The position numbers were made by a program, and so were the translations under genes. Below are positions 31,001-44,441 of a stretch of 64,000 nt of DNA, in pieces. The number at the start of each line of letters is the position of its first letter. The first letter of the stretch is position 1. The notes beneath the pieces are model-generated. The model did no database searches. It saw nothing but the letters and a program-made list of their open reading frames with translations, and had not been told where the DNA came from. Location of the stretch: assembly GCA_021613535.1 (NCBI GenBank), contig CP075496.1, positions 6,448,001 through 6,512,000 on the forward strand, read 5' to 3'. This DNA comes from Adineta vaga (Eukaryota; Animalia; Rotifera).

Positions 31001-33872
31001 ATGACCATGTTCCTCCACTATTCAATCGACATTCACCACCATGTTCACATGAACATTCACGTTTTGATGACAGAAATGTTGAACATGGTCCACTTTTAGG
31101 TGTTAAATTATTATTTGTATAATTAATATATTTCGTTAAATTGATTGCTTCATTATTCAATTCAAGATCAGAAAAACATCCAATTAAACCACGATGCATT
31201 ATACCTGACCAATAATTATTCGGTAACCATTGAATTGCCGGATTAATACCACCAATAGTTAATGTATGCAACTAAAATATTCGAAAAAAGAAGATTTTAT
31301 CTGATTAAATTTTGAGTAAAGAAAATTTTATTCTTGATTAACGATTTAATCATGCATAGGGAAAGTCAAATTTGTAGTTCGTCTTCATTAATTATGCATC
31401 TATCAACATTGAAGACTATTGGAATTTGTTTGTCCTTGCTTGCAGTAATTCACCAGATGGATAAAACAAGGTTATCTACAAAGGCTATCTACATACAAAG
31501 ATTTCTCCAGTTATATCTTTGAACTAAGCTTAATTTCATTTATTAATATACTATGTATTTATCTATCTAAATTATATGTTATTTATTCCTTTCGGCAAAT
31601 GGAAAAGTATCAATTTAAGATTTGATTTGTATGTATTCATTTGAAAATCAAAGTGTCAGATGTAATGAGAAGAAAACCTTGATTTCTAATCAAAAATTGA
31701 ATTTATCAAATAGTTTTTCTATCGGAAATCTTGTCTGACAGCTAATCTTTATCAATGAAATCAAAGATCTATTATTTCCGTTAACCTTGCTAATCCATTA
31801 GGATTGAAATAAGAAAGAGAATTCTTACATGAATTTTCGATGGAGAATTTCGAATAACAAGCCGATTGTTTTGTCTATAATTCGCAGTTATATTAAATTC
31901 TAAACCACCTTGATAACCTTGAATATGTAAGAATATCAAATGTGTTTGTCCATCATTAAAACGTTGTTGAAATAATTCATGACGTTGTGATTTTTTATTG
32001 AAATTAATTGTTAAATAAAAGAATCCATCAATTAAATCTAAACCAAGAAAATCTTCCGACAATTTACTTGTACCATAGAGAAGAATTGCATCCGATGAAT
32101 AAGTTTGAAAATGAAATGATATATTCATTTGATAATTAACCATTTGTTGAATATGATCAGATAATTCAAATGAGATAAATGAGGGTGATATAAGAAATTC
32201 AATTGGATTTAATAATGATGAACAACGTAATGGATTTTCATGTGATTGTTTGTCTAGAAAATGTTTACTTAGATCAAGAGTCAAACTGTCATTTAAAACG
32301 AATGTGATATCTTTAAAACAACCATAGAATTTGTCGAAAGTTTCATCACTATTTCCACCAAGAAAAATCTGTGTAAAATTAAATAATTGATCAATTTTTA
32401 AATCATTTTCTAATTGTAAATGATATTCATCAACCATCATAGTTACTTGTCCATATTTACGTTTAATTTGTACGTAATGCCATTCATTATCAATAAGATA
32501 GAGATCTTTTGTTGATGATTCATACCATTGATTATTAAAACGATATTCAATTGTTATCTGTCCTTGTTTTAATTTAATATAAATTTGTTGTTTAATAATT
32601 TCAAATAATAGTGCATTGTAATGATTGGTTTTAAATTGAAATTGAAAGATTTCATTTAAACTCGATATTGAATGATTAAGATTGTATTGTAAGTATGTTT
32701 TTCCATTGAATGTTAATTCATTTGTTTTACGTTCAATTTCACAACGTTCACCAGAATAATTCGTTTCATCACATAAACATTTATAATTTGTATCTGTTAT
32801 TAAACAAAGTCCAATTCCACATGAACGAGCTGAACATTGTTGATTTGGTATTAGAGATACTCCACCTGAGATTTGTAAATGAACAGGTTGAACAAGATGA
32901 GAATTGGTGCAATTTTTATAAATAATATTACGTAATCGACCACGAAAACGTGGTTGCATATAAACATCAAATGATGATAAATTTCCACTACTAGGTCGTT
33001 CTAATGCAGCTGGTATACCTGAGGAAAAAAGACGAAGTTTTTTCATTGTTCATAAACTTTTTTTTGAAGATAATGATAAGATTGAAGAACAAACGGAAGG
33101 AAAGACAGACTGATTAGCTTTCCGTTCGAAAAAGGATTAGAGAAATTTCTAATGAAATGAATCTGTTTGTTTATGATCTTTTCAATGATGATTATTTTAG
33201 TAAACATTGATGTCAATTTTCTATATTTTTTTTTGTATCCAATCGTTATTACTAATTTTATTGTTTATCTGTTATGACATTCTGCTTTTCCTTCCTTTTT
33301 CTTTTCGCAAATGACCTTAAAAAATCTTATTACATATAATCAACTAATATGAATGTTCTCATTGACTATGCCCTTCTTTTTCTAGTGTTAGTTATTTTAC
33401 CTCCGAAATAGAACGGTGATGCTTGATATTCATTATGTGTTGATCCACCGAAATATAAATCATCTGAATGTGTTACTGTTGAATTACTTGCTAAATCATG
33501 ATCAACATTGAGAATTGTTGTTTGACCATCACGTTTAATTAAAATTGTATGCCATTGATCATCATTGATTTTCATATTAACATTCAAAGCTTGTCGATCA
33601 TTGCCAAGATTAAATAATAAACGTAATTTTCCTTCGATTAATTTTAGATAAAAGAAATCAAACTTTCCTCGATCATCAATATATGCAAGTGTACCATCAG
33701 GTGCATTTGTTCGTATATCGAAACGTACATAACCATTAAGACATGGACGCCAAGAATCGAATGCAACATATGAATTAGGTCCAGCTGAGAAAACTAATGT
33801 ATTTGATGATGATGATAATGATGCATGAAAAAGTAATAAAATCAAATAAATAACAATAAATACTTTGAACAT
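28064..33872 (-). CDS. Nrx: Alpha-neurexin-like protein (signal peptide, LamG/EGF repeats, TM, 4.1-binding and PDZ motifs), 7 exons
   Basis: Hydrophobic signal peptide, LamG domains (DDQWHTI, DNEWHYV, NDGHWHH), three EGF modules (CEHGGEC..CDCSKTGYTGRRC), TM, KYRRKDVGVYEVEE and terminal EQREFYI. Confidence 0.88.
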
Positions 33873-35325
33873 TTTCTTTTTCAATTGTATGTATGTATAT
33901 ATATATATATCTATGGAGGAATATTCACGTTAAATCGAGCTTAAAAATCAACGAAATAATTCGACTGTTTATCAATAGAAATAGTTGATTGAAGAATGAT
34001 TTCATTTTAAAGATTTTTCTTATATTTAATCTAGAAAAAAAAGAAGAAAAAAGAGAAATTGATTGACCTAAAGGGCGTTGTTTTGTAAGAAAAGTAGGGT
34101 TGTCATATTCACATAATTAACTGTCTTCTATTACTCTATTGCCAGAAAAACAATTTGACATACTCAAAGACACCGCCTTTACGTATATGGTAGAGAATAA
34201 AAGAAAGGTCAGTTACTTCTCGAGTCTTTCTCTGTCTGTTCTAATCTGATTATATATATATATATATATACAGAAGAAGACAGAGAAAGAAAGGAAAACC
34301 TAATTGCTTAGGTGATTATCAATTTGAAAATATGACCTTGTTACGATATTCACCTCACTTTCTTTTTCTGACAGAAGAAAAAAGAAATGTGACTTGGATA
34401 ATGACAGTAGTTCTTTCTTACTTTCACTTTTTTTATTCATAGTATACACCTCATTTATTGTTATTATATGTCACTACTGTGAAAGACACTGTTAGGGTGA
34501 TCGTGATTATATGGATGATCAAACGAGCAGGAGAGAAATGAGGGAGAAAATTTCTCTCGACACTACTACCAGCTGCAATAGTAGTATAGCACGAATGATT
34601 ACGTACGATGCAAGCAGTTGATTTCTTTCTTTTTCTCTCTCGACCAACTCCTCTCCCCCTCTCCGTCTCTCTCTCTCTTTCTCCCCCTTTCTTCGGCTTG
34701 CTCCTTTCCTTATTCTATCGTCAATACTTTTCGATATGACTTTTCTGTTATTTTACTACTACTGCTGCTGCGATTCTTTCTATATATTTTTATTACTGAT
34801 TCTTTGGCATGTGGTGCCACACAACATAGAAGTCATCATCGTTATATGTATGATATCGTCATATAGGGACACGAGCACACACACACACACACATACACAA
34901 ACGTAAAAAAGACAAGCATAAGTCCCACTAATTATCTGTTGCACTCAATGATAAATAATTTTCGCGTAAAGGAGAAACAGAAGCTAAGAATCAAAGAAAG
35001 AAATAAAGAAAAGAAACAGCAGACGGTAGCGATAGATAGGATAGAATTAGAAATGCGAGACGAGAAGTGTGAAAGAACGGCGCGTTGAGTTAAAGGTATC
35101 AAGATATTAAGATAATTGACGAGAATAAGAAAGAAAAAGAGAAAATAGACTAATCGAAGACGATGCAATCGATCTATTGGAAAGGAAGTAAGACTGATTT
35201 GCAAATTGAATCATTGCAAGTGGCAAACGGTATAAAATGACCAGCAGTTTTCTTTTCCTTCCTTTTCTCTTCTGCTCTTTCACTCCAAGCATCACGTCTA
35301 TGTTGTTCTAACTCGAGTACGGTAC

Positions 35326-35372
35326 TGATGATGATGATCATGATCATCATCACCATCATCATTGTAATGATG
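35326..35372. repeat. (ATG)/(ATC) trinucleotide tract upstream of neurexin
   Basis: tgatgatgatgatcatgatcatcatcaccatcatcattgtaatgatg; a (CA)n tract also lies at about 34877-34898. Confidence 0.5.
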
Positions 35373-37297
35373 TTCTTTAGGTGTGTGTATATAAGAGACT
35401 ACTGGTGAAAATAACACACATAACATAGGAATAATCAAAGTTCATATTGAATAAAAAAGAAAAAGATCGTCATGGACCGCCTGCTAAGTTTCATCATATT
35501 ACACACTTTGTAAATAAACAATAGAGGTAGACAATCAAACAGGGATGTTATAGCTCAATATCAAGCCAATTGTATGTACAGAATGAAAGCATACGAGACA
35601 GAAATACATATGGTACGAGAGTCATTAATGTATGTGTATATGAGGTAAAGAAACACAAATGTTTCTTCACATTTTTTGTAACTTTCCTATCCATTTTGAC
35701 ACAATGAATGATGAACAACTGAGTCGAACATATTAAGTAAGACGAAGAAGCAGAAAGAAAGAAAGAAAAGAAAAAGAAGCGATTATGGAATAGTAGTACT
35801 CAAAAAAAAATGTATATACAATATGGAATATTGATCTTTGTAGTGGCAGTTCATTAATGAAAAAAATACATATACATACATATCTCATATGACATCATGT
35901 CTTTGTAAAATTTCTCAGGAAAAAAAGATTTCCCTATAGATAATTTCTTTTTTTGTACATGAGACGATCAGATATCGCAGCATGATACTTCCGTCAAATG
36001 CCCGAGTGACAGAAACGTTCTGTCTCTGTTTCATCTAAGCAGTAACAACGATGACAACTGAGACGCAAATGGATCCGACAGATTGTTTTCAACGTTAAGG
36101 GAATGAAAACAAACAGGAGTATGTTACGTAGCTTGCCAAAGCACTTATCGAATCATCAAGATATCTATCTACATTAACCCTGACAGAAGCTGTTCTATAC
36201 AATGTTTTACTAATCTTACTAGTAGTTAACTTCAATAATAACCTAAAGACATATGATTCTTTTGTTTTATTTATTATTCATAGGAATAAATGAAAAGATG
36301 AAGTTCAAGAAGAATGATCTTTTTACAAAACAGATTGTTCTTCTCATTTATGAATGAAAATCAATTATTATGAACAGAAATGATGATGATTACTCAAGGC
36401 AGATACAAAGAGAAAATGAGAATCCTTGACAACAGGACTGTGCCAAAAGGTTGATCAAGAAAAAAAAAGGAAATTTGCAACCAAGTGCATCAACTAATGA
36501 CATTAAGTGTAAACAAAAATACTATGTCACTGAGTTTATTGAAAATGATGCATGAAGAATCTAATTACATTTGTTATATACACCTAGTGAAGAAACCAGG
36601 TAAAAAAAGAGATTATAATTAGAGTATCTTTCTGATTATTTTTTATTATTAATCAAAATAATTCTGATTCTATATTATATTAGCAATATGAGAATATTTA
36701 TATATATATATTATTCTCTCAAATAAATATACTACATGTCTACAGAGAATTGAAATTTTCAGAAAGATGTAAATAATTGATGAATAGATGTGAATAGACT
36801 AAATAGTTATATTTGACTATCACAGAAAAATGTTACTTTGTTGATGATAAATTTATGGAAATAGTTTCGATTGATTAGATCTACTCTATTTAATAAGATC
36901 AGATCAATCCATTACGATAATTGACAATATTTGTAAGCCTTTCAGCTAAGATTCTTAGCATATGATAGAAGATCTTATGTCATTTGGAGAGATTTTGTTT
37001 AAGGAATAGAAATCCTTTTACCAATAACGATTTATTCCATTTGAGGTCAAAGTCTAAATGATCAAACAATCTTTTCACGCGTCATACAGTTTTGTTTTCA
37101 AAACAAGTAAGAATACGTTTTAAAAAAGTTATTTATATCAATTTTTACATCAATAGTATCATCATGAATAATCAACGAGATTATCAGTCTGTGAATTTAA
37201 CCATCTGATGACGCTCTGGTATCTACCTATAAGATCCGTGTTTTTTCCATGTAAAAAATTGCTTTAGAAAAAAAGTAACTTACTAAAAACGACAACA

Positions 37298-37728
37298 ATG
37301 AACTTCATTGCTATCCTTTTCACTATTTCCTGTGCTCTCATTGCAGCAACCAATGCTCTACAATGTCAACCAGTAACATGTATGTTAGCATGTCCATTTG
37401 GTTTCAATATCGATGCTAACGGTTGTCAATACTGTTCGTGTCGTCCAAGACCATCTGGCGCATCCACTAGTCAACCTGCCGTTGGTACCAGCAAGCTCGT
37501 CCTGCTACTGGTGCCAGCACTGCTAATCCAGGTACAAGTGCTTCATCTCGTCGTCCAATGAGTCGTCTATTGGCTATTGCATCAGGACCATCAACTGCAG
37601 CACCAAAAAGTAGTACACCAGCAGCAACAACTGCTCGTGGTTCGACTGGTTCAACTCGAGTTACTCGACCAGCTACAAGCACTCAACGTTGGTTGAGTTT
37701 AGTTGATCCAAAAACAATCTATGATTGA
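37298..37728 (+). CDS. Secreted antistasin-like domain protein with a Ser/Thr/Ala/Pro-rich tail reached via a -1 frameshift at about 37493
   Basis: Signal peptide, CQPVTCMLACPFGFNIDANGCQYCSC (antistasin Cys spacing), TATA-like CTATAAG at about 37227. The -1 frame reads ARPATGASTANPGTS...WLSLVDPKTIYD*. Confidence 0.7.
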
Positions 37729-38144
37729 GAAGCAATCATATTTTGGTTTTTTTTTTGAAATTTCCCCCCTCTGTCAACGATAGCGATTTCAAACACAGTC
37801 AATAAAAAACAAATTATTCTTTAACTCAGTTATTTTTAGAAACAAATCAAATAATAATCGATACTTTACACTATAATAACAGAACGTTTGAAAGATACAT
37901 ATCTATTGACTTACAAAATATGGTCGATAAAATACAGGTGGTTCTTCAAAAGTATCAATTCTCATAGCAAAATAATCCTATAACGTTATTTCTTAATTAT
38001 TTTTCGAAAAGAAAATGAAATAGAATTTATCAAGATTATTATATTTTATAAGAAAAATAGTCGATTTATTCAAATAAAAAAAGATTTCGTTGAATATTTA
38101 TCATAAAAACGGATTCTAGAATATGAAATAATTATGAATTCATT

Positions 38145-40200
38145 TCAAGTAGTATTTTTGTATCGTTGTATTTGTGAAAATTCTGATTTAATAAACTGGA
38201 AAACAGCGAGAAAAGACGTGAATGATGTCCACTCGTGTGATGTATGACCTGTAGGACAAATAAAAAAAGAATTCTTTCAGTAATTTATCAATTTTATGAT
38301 CTAATTAATTACCTGCTGATCGTATTTGACCATATTCACGATCTCCTAAATTTGTATTAGCTTTACTTTTACTGCCAACCCAATTTATTGTTCTCTAAAA
38401 CGACATGCTATTTTTTACTGAATTCAGTTTTAAGATTAATCAAACCTTTCGTAATATCCGCAAAACATTTGGATGCGCACGTTTTATATAAGCTTTCATG
38501 GGTGAATCAGTCAATGCTACGGCAAGTACACGTTTATCAAAATCAGAAGTATATCGTGATGCCTAACAAACAGATTCATCGATGAAATATCAAGTCAAAG
38601 AATATATATCAAACCATTTCCAACATAACAGCACCTCCATATGAATGTGCAACGATACATATATGACGAGCTGAACTTTGTCGTACAAAATTTTCCCATA
38701 TATAACATCCATGATCTTCAGGAGATTCACTACCCTGAAATAAACATAATTTATTTTGGTTATCAAGCGCGAAACTTGTTCTAGTGAACAAAATTGATCA
38801 TTTTATGTTTTTATTCAAAGATATTCATTCAATTTTCTTAATTTGTATTTTTATTACACGAACAGATATGATTATCAATGAACAATTTGGCAATATCATT
38901 AATAATAGTCGACTAAGATCGAACAAATTCTTATATCTAGTCGAAAGACAGTTTGTATCTCTATCAATGAATAAAACAACTAGAAAATTATTTAATATAA
39001 ATAATCAACGTTCACATTGGTTATTCTCAAAAAACATCTCAAGAAAACGACGAGAAATAATTCGACCATTTAGAAATGTATCGTTTAAATATTTAACTTG
39101 TGCTTTGGTAATTATACATTTTCTATCTTACGAGTTGATTATAATCTATCGGTTGATAATACATTATATCAATTAGATCTTTTCAGGTTCGAAATCCGAA
39201 TAAAAATGAATTTACATCAACATTTCTACCATGTATATTAACTTTAACAAGTGTACTTATTCTTATTGAAAGTATTCATTTTCTACCATTGATATTACCA
39301 AAACGTAAAAAAACTTTACTTCTTCGTCAACGAATACCACCAAATTTTATATTATCATATGATTAAATCTAATCTCTTATCTTATTTCGGATATAGAGTA
39401 TCAAACTCACACGAATGAAACGTGGTCTCTGATGGATTGATCGTGATGATTCATCGATATTTAAATTTGTATTCGTAACAATAACTGCAAAGCCAAGTTC
39501 TTGAGCTTTCATAATATACGCAAGTTGTGAACCGACTTGAATATTTTCATTAATAATCAATCTGATAAAGAAATTGCAGTGAAATTGAAAGCGATTTCAT
39601 ACATTACTTTCGTGACCATTGACCGGCTCGTACAACTCCTGTACCATGGATGATAATCATAAGATTTTCAGCATCCAGGAAATTATCACTGGCAAAAAAG
39701 AAACTCGTTGGTTCACCAGTTCGTGCATCAACCTAAGCAAAGAAAAAGAAATTATTCTTTATGAACTTTCTTATTCATTCTTTATCGATTTATATCGAAA
39801 TTATTTTGAAAATAAATCGAAAGTCTATCCATACTGGTATCGGTATACGTCGAAGATGACATTCATTTTCTAGAAGCCCATAGATATAGTTATCAACTAA
39901 TCTACCAATTGCATGGTATCGTTTCTGATTATCTTCATCGTGAGGATAGGCATTGAATTGAAATGGTCTACCATTTTCCAATGAAACAAGTTTACCTCCT
40001 ACGAAAAGAAAACGATATCGATGATAAACATATGCGTTGAATCATAATGTTCGATTGTTTACACAAACATCTTTTAGTACGAATACAAATAATAACTATT
40101 TACTATCGAAAAAATATCCATAAGCTTCCAATGAAGATTTTTCAACAAACGTCTTTTCCATATTGTTATTGTCGACTAGACAAGATCTTACAGGACCCAT
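38145..40200 (-). CDS. FAM172A: FAM172A/ARB2A-like alpha/beta-hydrolase-fold protein
   Basis: SLEAYGYFFD, PFQFN..NQKRYHAIG, IIIHGTGVVRAGQWSR-LIINE..GSQL, GSESPEDH..IWENFV..IVAHSYGG, ALTDSP, AGHTSHEWTS. An alternative start lies at 40161. Confidence 0.9.
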
Positions 40201-40720
40201 TGATTCTAAATAAGAATCACTTTATTTCTTATAAATATATTATGACAATTTTTTAATTGATTATACTTGATCGAGCCGAATTTCCTCTCGCATGTGTTTC
40301 TGAAACGTCACGCAAGAAATAATAAAATAATACAGAATGAAAGCTAATAATGTCACACCTGAATTTCGTCTATTTGCCATCGATGCTATTCAAACAAAGA
40401 GAATTATTTTTATTTACATAAGTATTTTGTTTTTCAACATTACATTTTCTTCGAAAGAATTGATTCACTGGGTCGTTTGAAATATCTTTTTCTTCTAAAA
40501 GATTAAAAACATTACTTTTTATTTTGATATATATTTATTATCAGCAATGTATATTATATTTACACTGAAATGAATAATAGGAGTAAAACGAAAGAAAGAA
40601 AAAAAAGAAAAGAATGAAATGTTATCGTATCACTGTTTTGTGTTCTAAGAATGAAAAGATTAGTGTTCATATATATATATATATATGATCGTTGAAATAT
40701 GTACATAAAAAATTCAATGT

Positions 40721-42385
40721 TTATTGTGTATCACCAGCTAACATTTGATTAATTTGTGCTTCAAGTTCTTCAGAAGAAACATTATCAAGATCATCAGCCA
40801 AAGCTTTATCCCATTCGCTATCATCTATATCTTTAGAAATAAATATTTACGATTCAAAGTATTAAAACAAAATTTACCTGGACTGCCAACTTTTGCTGTA
40901 TTAGCTTTATTTGGATTCTTTTTTGTAACAGTTAATTGTTCGATTTCACGTCGAATATCATCCATACTAACAGCCGATGGATCATAATCCTCACTAACAA
41001 ATTCTTGATTTATATCTTGAGATTTGTCTTGAGATTCAGACAGTTTACGATCTAAATAAGAATCTGAAAGTATATTTTCGTATGAAACACTTAAAAAAAA
41101 TAAGTTAATATTTCTAAATTTCATACAATGTATCTCTATCACTAATCTTTGTTATTCAACTGTATGAACTATCGTGATAATGTTTCGATATTGTCTTCAA
41201 ACTTACTACGTTCATTTGATGAGCTATGACTTTCATCAGTCGATTGCGTATTTGCTAGACAAAAACAATAAATAATGAAGACAAAGAAAACAAACGATAA
41301 TAACATACGATTTTCATGTGCCAAAGCCGATAATTGTGTTGATTGTTTAATTAAACTAACACGATAGAAATAATTCGCCCAAAATGTTTCTTCGTTAATT
41401 CTAAATAGATAATTCGTTTTATTGATACAGATATGTAGGAAGTGATTATATACTGTTTTGGTACAAGATCGAAACGCATTTGTTTGAGATTTTCGTCGAC
41501 TTCAAGAGTTGCTAAGGCAACAGGATATACAGCAGCCATATCAAAATGATAATTGGCACCTGGTGGTGGATTTCGAAGAAAATTACGTTTTTCCTAGAGA
41601 AAGAGAAAGAAAAATAACATCTAACCCATCGAAAGATTGAAATTGTTTAATCCAAACGTACTTTTGAAAGAGATAAAATTTGTTTTTTCATATCTTCTTC
41701 TTCAACATAACCAACCCAAGGTGGAACAGCAGCTTCTTCACGACGTTGTTGTGTACGTTTTTCTGTTACAAATTTTTCATGTTCTTTTGTAAAATTACCA
41801 ATTAAAGATTTTTCTTCTACGGCATGTTTTAATTGTTGAGCACCTTTCATCACAGTTGAACTCAAATCAGTAAAAATACCTAAACCAGATCAATATAAAA
41901 TACATTCATTTGTTTTTCAATGATAAATATCTACTAGTTAGATCTTTATTGATTCCAGCAAGTGCAGTATTTCCTTCCGATGATGATTCAGTTTGTTGAT
42001 TTTCTTCAGTTTTAACAACTTCCTCTGCCTGTTCATTTTCATTTGGTGTAGTCGGTCGTTGCGGTAAAGATTTTTGCACAAGTGTATTTGCAGCAGCAGT
42101 TACTTTGGATGTTGCTTGCATCAATGAAGAACTTATATTTGTTAATTGACTTGTCAAATTTGATGACAAACCAAAATTATTGAACCATGATGATGCTGCT
42201 GCTGTTGTTGTTGATGATGATGATGACGACGACGAAGGTTTATGTTCCTCAACTACGGAAGCTTGTTCTGTAGTTGATTTATCATTATTAGTCGATAATA
42301 TCGTCGATGAATGTTCTGTTTCCGTAGCGTCAGTAGTTGGTGATTCTACGATGGTTTGTTCTTGTTGTTCGGAATTTGTACTCAT
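40721..42385 (-). CDS. SYAP1: Synapse-associated protein 1 (BSD domain; Sap47/SYAP1)
   Basis: [77 protein letters not shown] and an acidic C-terminus. Confidence 0.92.
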
Positions 42386-42573
42386 TAGTGATCTAAAATT
42401 ATTTAATAAAGGTACATACTTATGTCTTTATTTCTAAAGTAATGGACTGTTCAGTTTGTTTTCATTTTCTAATACATATATGACGGAGACGAGAGAAAGA
42501 ATATAATTTAAAACAAAGAAAACAGAAGTAGAAGAAGAAAAAAAATATGAGAGGTTTTTTGTTCTAAACATTT

Positions 42574-44125
42574 TTATTTGGAGATGTCTTTAAATGTAAA
42601 ATTATCGCATCCACGAATTTTAAAATTTGTTGGTGGTTTTGAATAAACATTTGAATATAATTCATCAACGTGTAATTCTGGATCGTTTTGTGCATGACTT
42701 TCTGCATCTTCAATTATCTTCTTGACTTCATTGTCGATGTTCTAAAGGAAACAAAAATAGCGCAACATAATAAAGAATGTTCTAGACTGATGAAACTTAC
42801 TTTAAATTCGTCATCAGTGGCAACTTTACTTTGAATAAGTTTTTCTCGGAAGGATGTGATTGGATCACGACTTTTACGTACATCTTGAATTTCTTCACGA
42901 GTTCGATAACTAAAATACAAGTCAAAAGTCTTTCTCAATACACCTACATTCTCAAAATATCTTTTCTCATAAGATACAATTCATACCTGGTTCCTGGATC
43001 AGACATTGAATGACCAAAATAACGATACGTTGCCATTTCCATAATCATTGGACCTTTTCCCGATGTACACCAATCTCGAGCAAATCTTGTTGCTTCACGT
43101 ACAGCAAGAATATCCATACCATCAACCCAAATACCGGGAATATATTCGCATCTTTTATAAAAATTTGGATTTGCACTAGCTCGTGCTGAACTTGTACCCA
43201 TACCATAACCATTATTTTCACAAACGAAAATACATGGTAATGCCCATAATTTTGCCATATTATAGGCTTCGAAAACTTGTCCTTGATTAGCAGCACCATC
43301 GCCATATAATGCAACGCATACATTCGATTCTCCACGATATTTATGTGCGAATGCTACCTATAAATATGGGAAAAACAAAGATAAGTATCACTTTCGCCTA
43401 TGCTCAATAATAATTAAAAGACATACTCCAGCACCAAGTGGAACTTGTGCACCAACAATACCATTTCCTCCGTAGAAATTTGGTGCATACATATGCATAC
43501 TTCCACCACGTCCTTCAGCACAACCAGATTTTCTACCGGTCAATTCAGCTAATACACCAGTTACTGATACACCCATCATATAAGTCCAACCATGAGCACG
43601 ATAAGCTGTAATCAATGAATCATTTTTATCCATAGCTGCTTTCATTCCAACACAAACAGCTTCCTATATAAATATAATTAATCGATAATGAAAATCTATC
43701 TTTCACATTCTATTCTATAGATGAACTAACTTGTCCTGAATAAAGATGACAGAAACCACGAATTAATTTCGACTTGTACATATTATTTGCTGATGCTTCC
43801 ATTCGACGTACAACTTGCATCTTCTTATAAAAATCTAGACCTTCTTCACGATTACATGATACATGAGTACTTGGTCCTTGCTCGAGCATATGAAGTTTAA
43901 ATGCATTTGGAGCATCATATTCAAGTGTTGAACCACTACTTGCTTGTCTTATAGAAGTTACAAGCTAAGGAAAAAGAAAAACATAACAATAAGACTCTAA
44001 TGAAACTATTTTAATGATAAAAATGTATTTACTAAAGGAACAGGTGAATTGATTTGTTTTTGTTGTTGAAGAAGGCGTCGACCATATGGCTGTAATCGAA
44101 ATACGATTTTAGTATTGATATTCAT
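42574..44125 (-). CDS. PDHA1: Pyruvate dehydrogenase E1 alpha subunit
   Basis: Transit peptide, [80 protein letters not shown]. Confidence 0.98.
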
Positions 44126-44441
44126 GCTAAACGATACTCGTGATCGCCTCGATGAAAAATATTAACTCCTATAATGAAAACAAAAATATAGGCTAGCTAT
44201 TCTATTGGTTCATATCTTCACCAATCGTATGCATGTAAATAAATTATTTAATTTTTTTACATAAACTTTTTTCATATTTTATTTGCTTTTATTAGTTGTC
44301 AAAAACTATCTATTCAAAATTGTACATCATTTAAGAAAACGATTAGAAAAAAAACCAAATAAATAAACAAGAATAATAACAATAATAAAAACATATCGGA
44401 TTAGATTCATCATTTTCATTATAATCTTTAACTACCATACT
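44126..44441. promoter_or_regulatory. Probable bidirectional promoter (PDHA / basigin-like)
   Basis: Head-to-head starts about 317 nt apart, with opposed CCAAT motifs (ATTGG about 44204, CCAAT 44221). Confidence 0.45.

Noticed and set aside
34471-34502. TGAAAGACA resembling the miR-71 5' end
   Set aside because: The match is limited to the seed region and there is no convincing precursor hairpin.
40201-40720. Extension of the putative operon from SYAP1 to FAM172A
   Set aside because: The gap is about 520 nt, the acceptor before the ATG has a plausible cis donor about 60 nt upstream, and a promoter-like motif is present.
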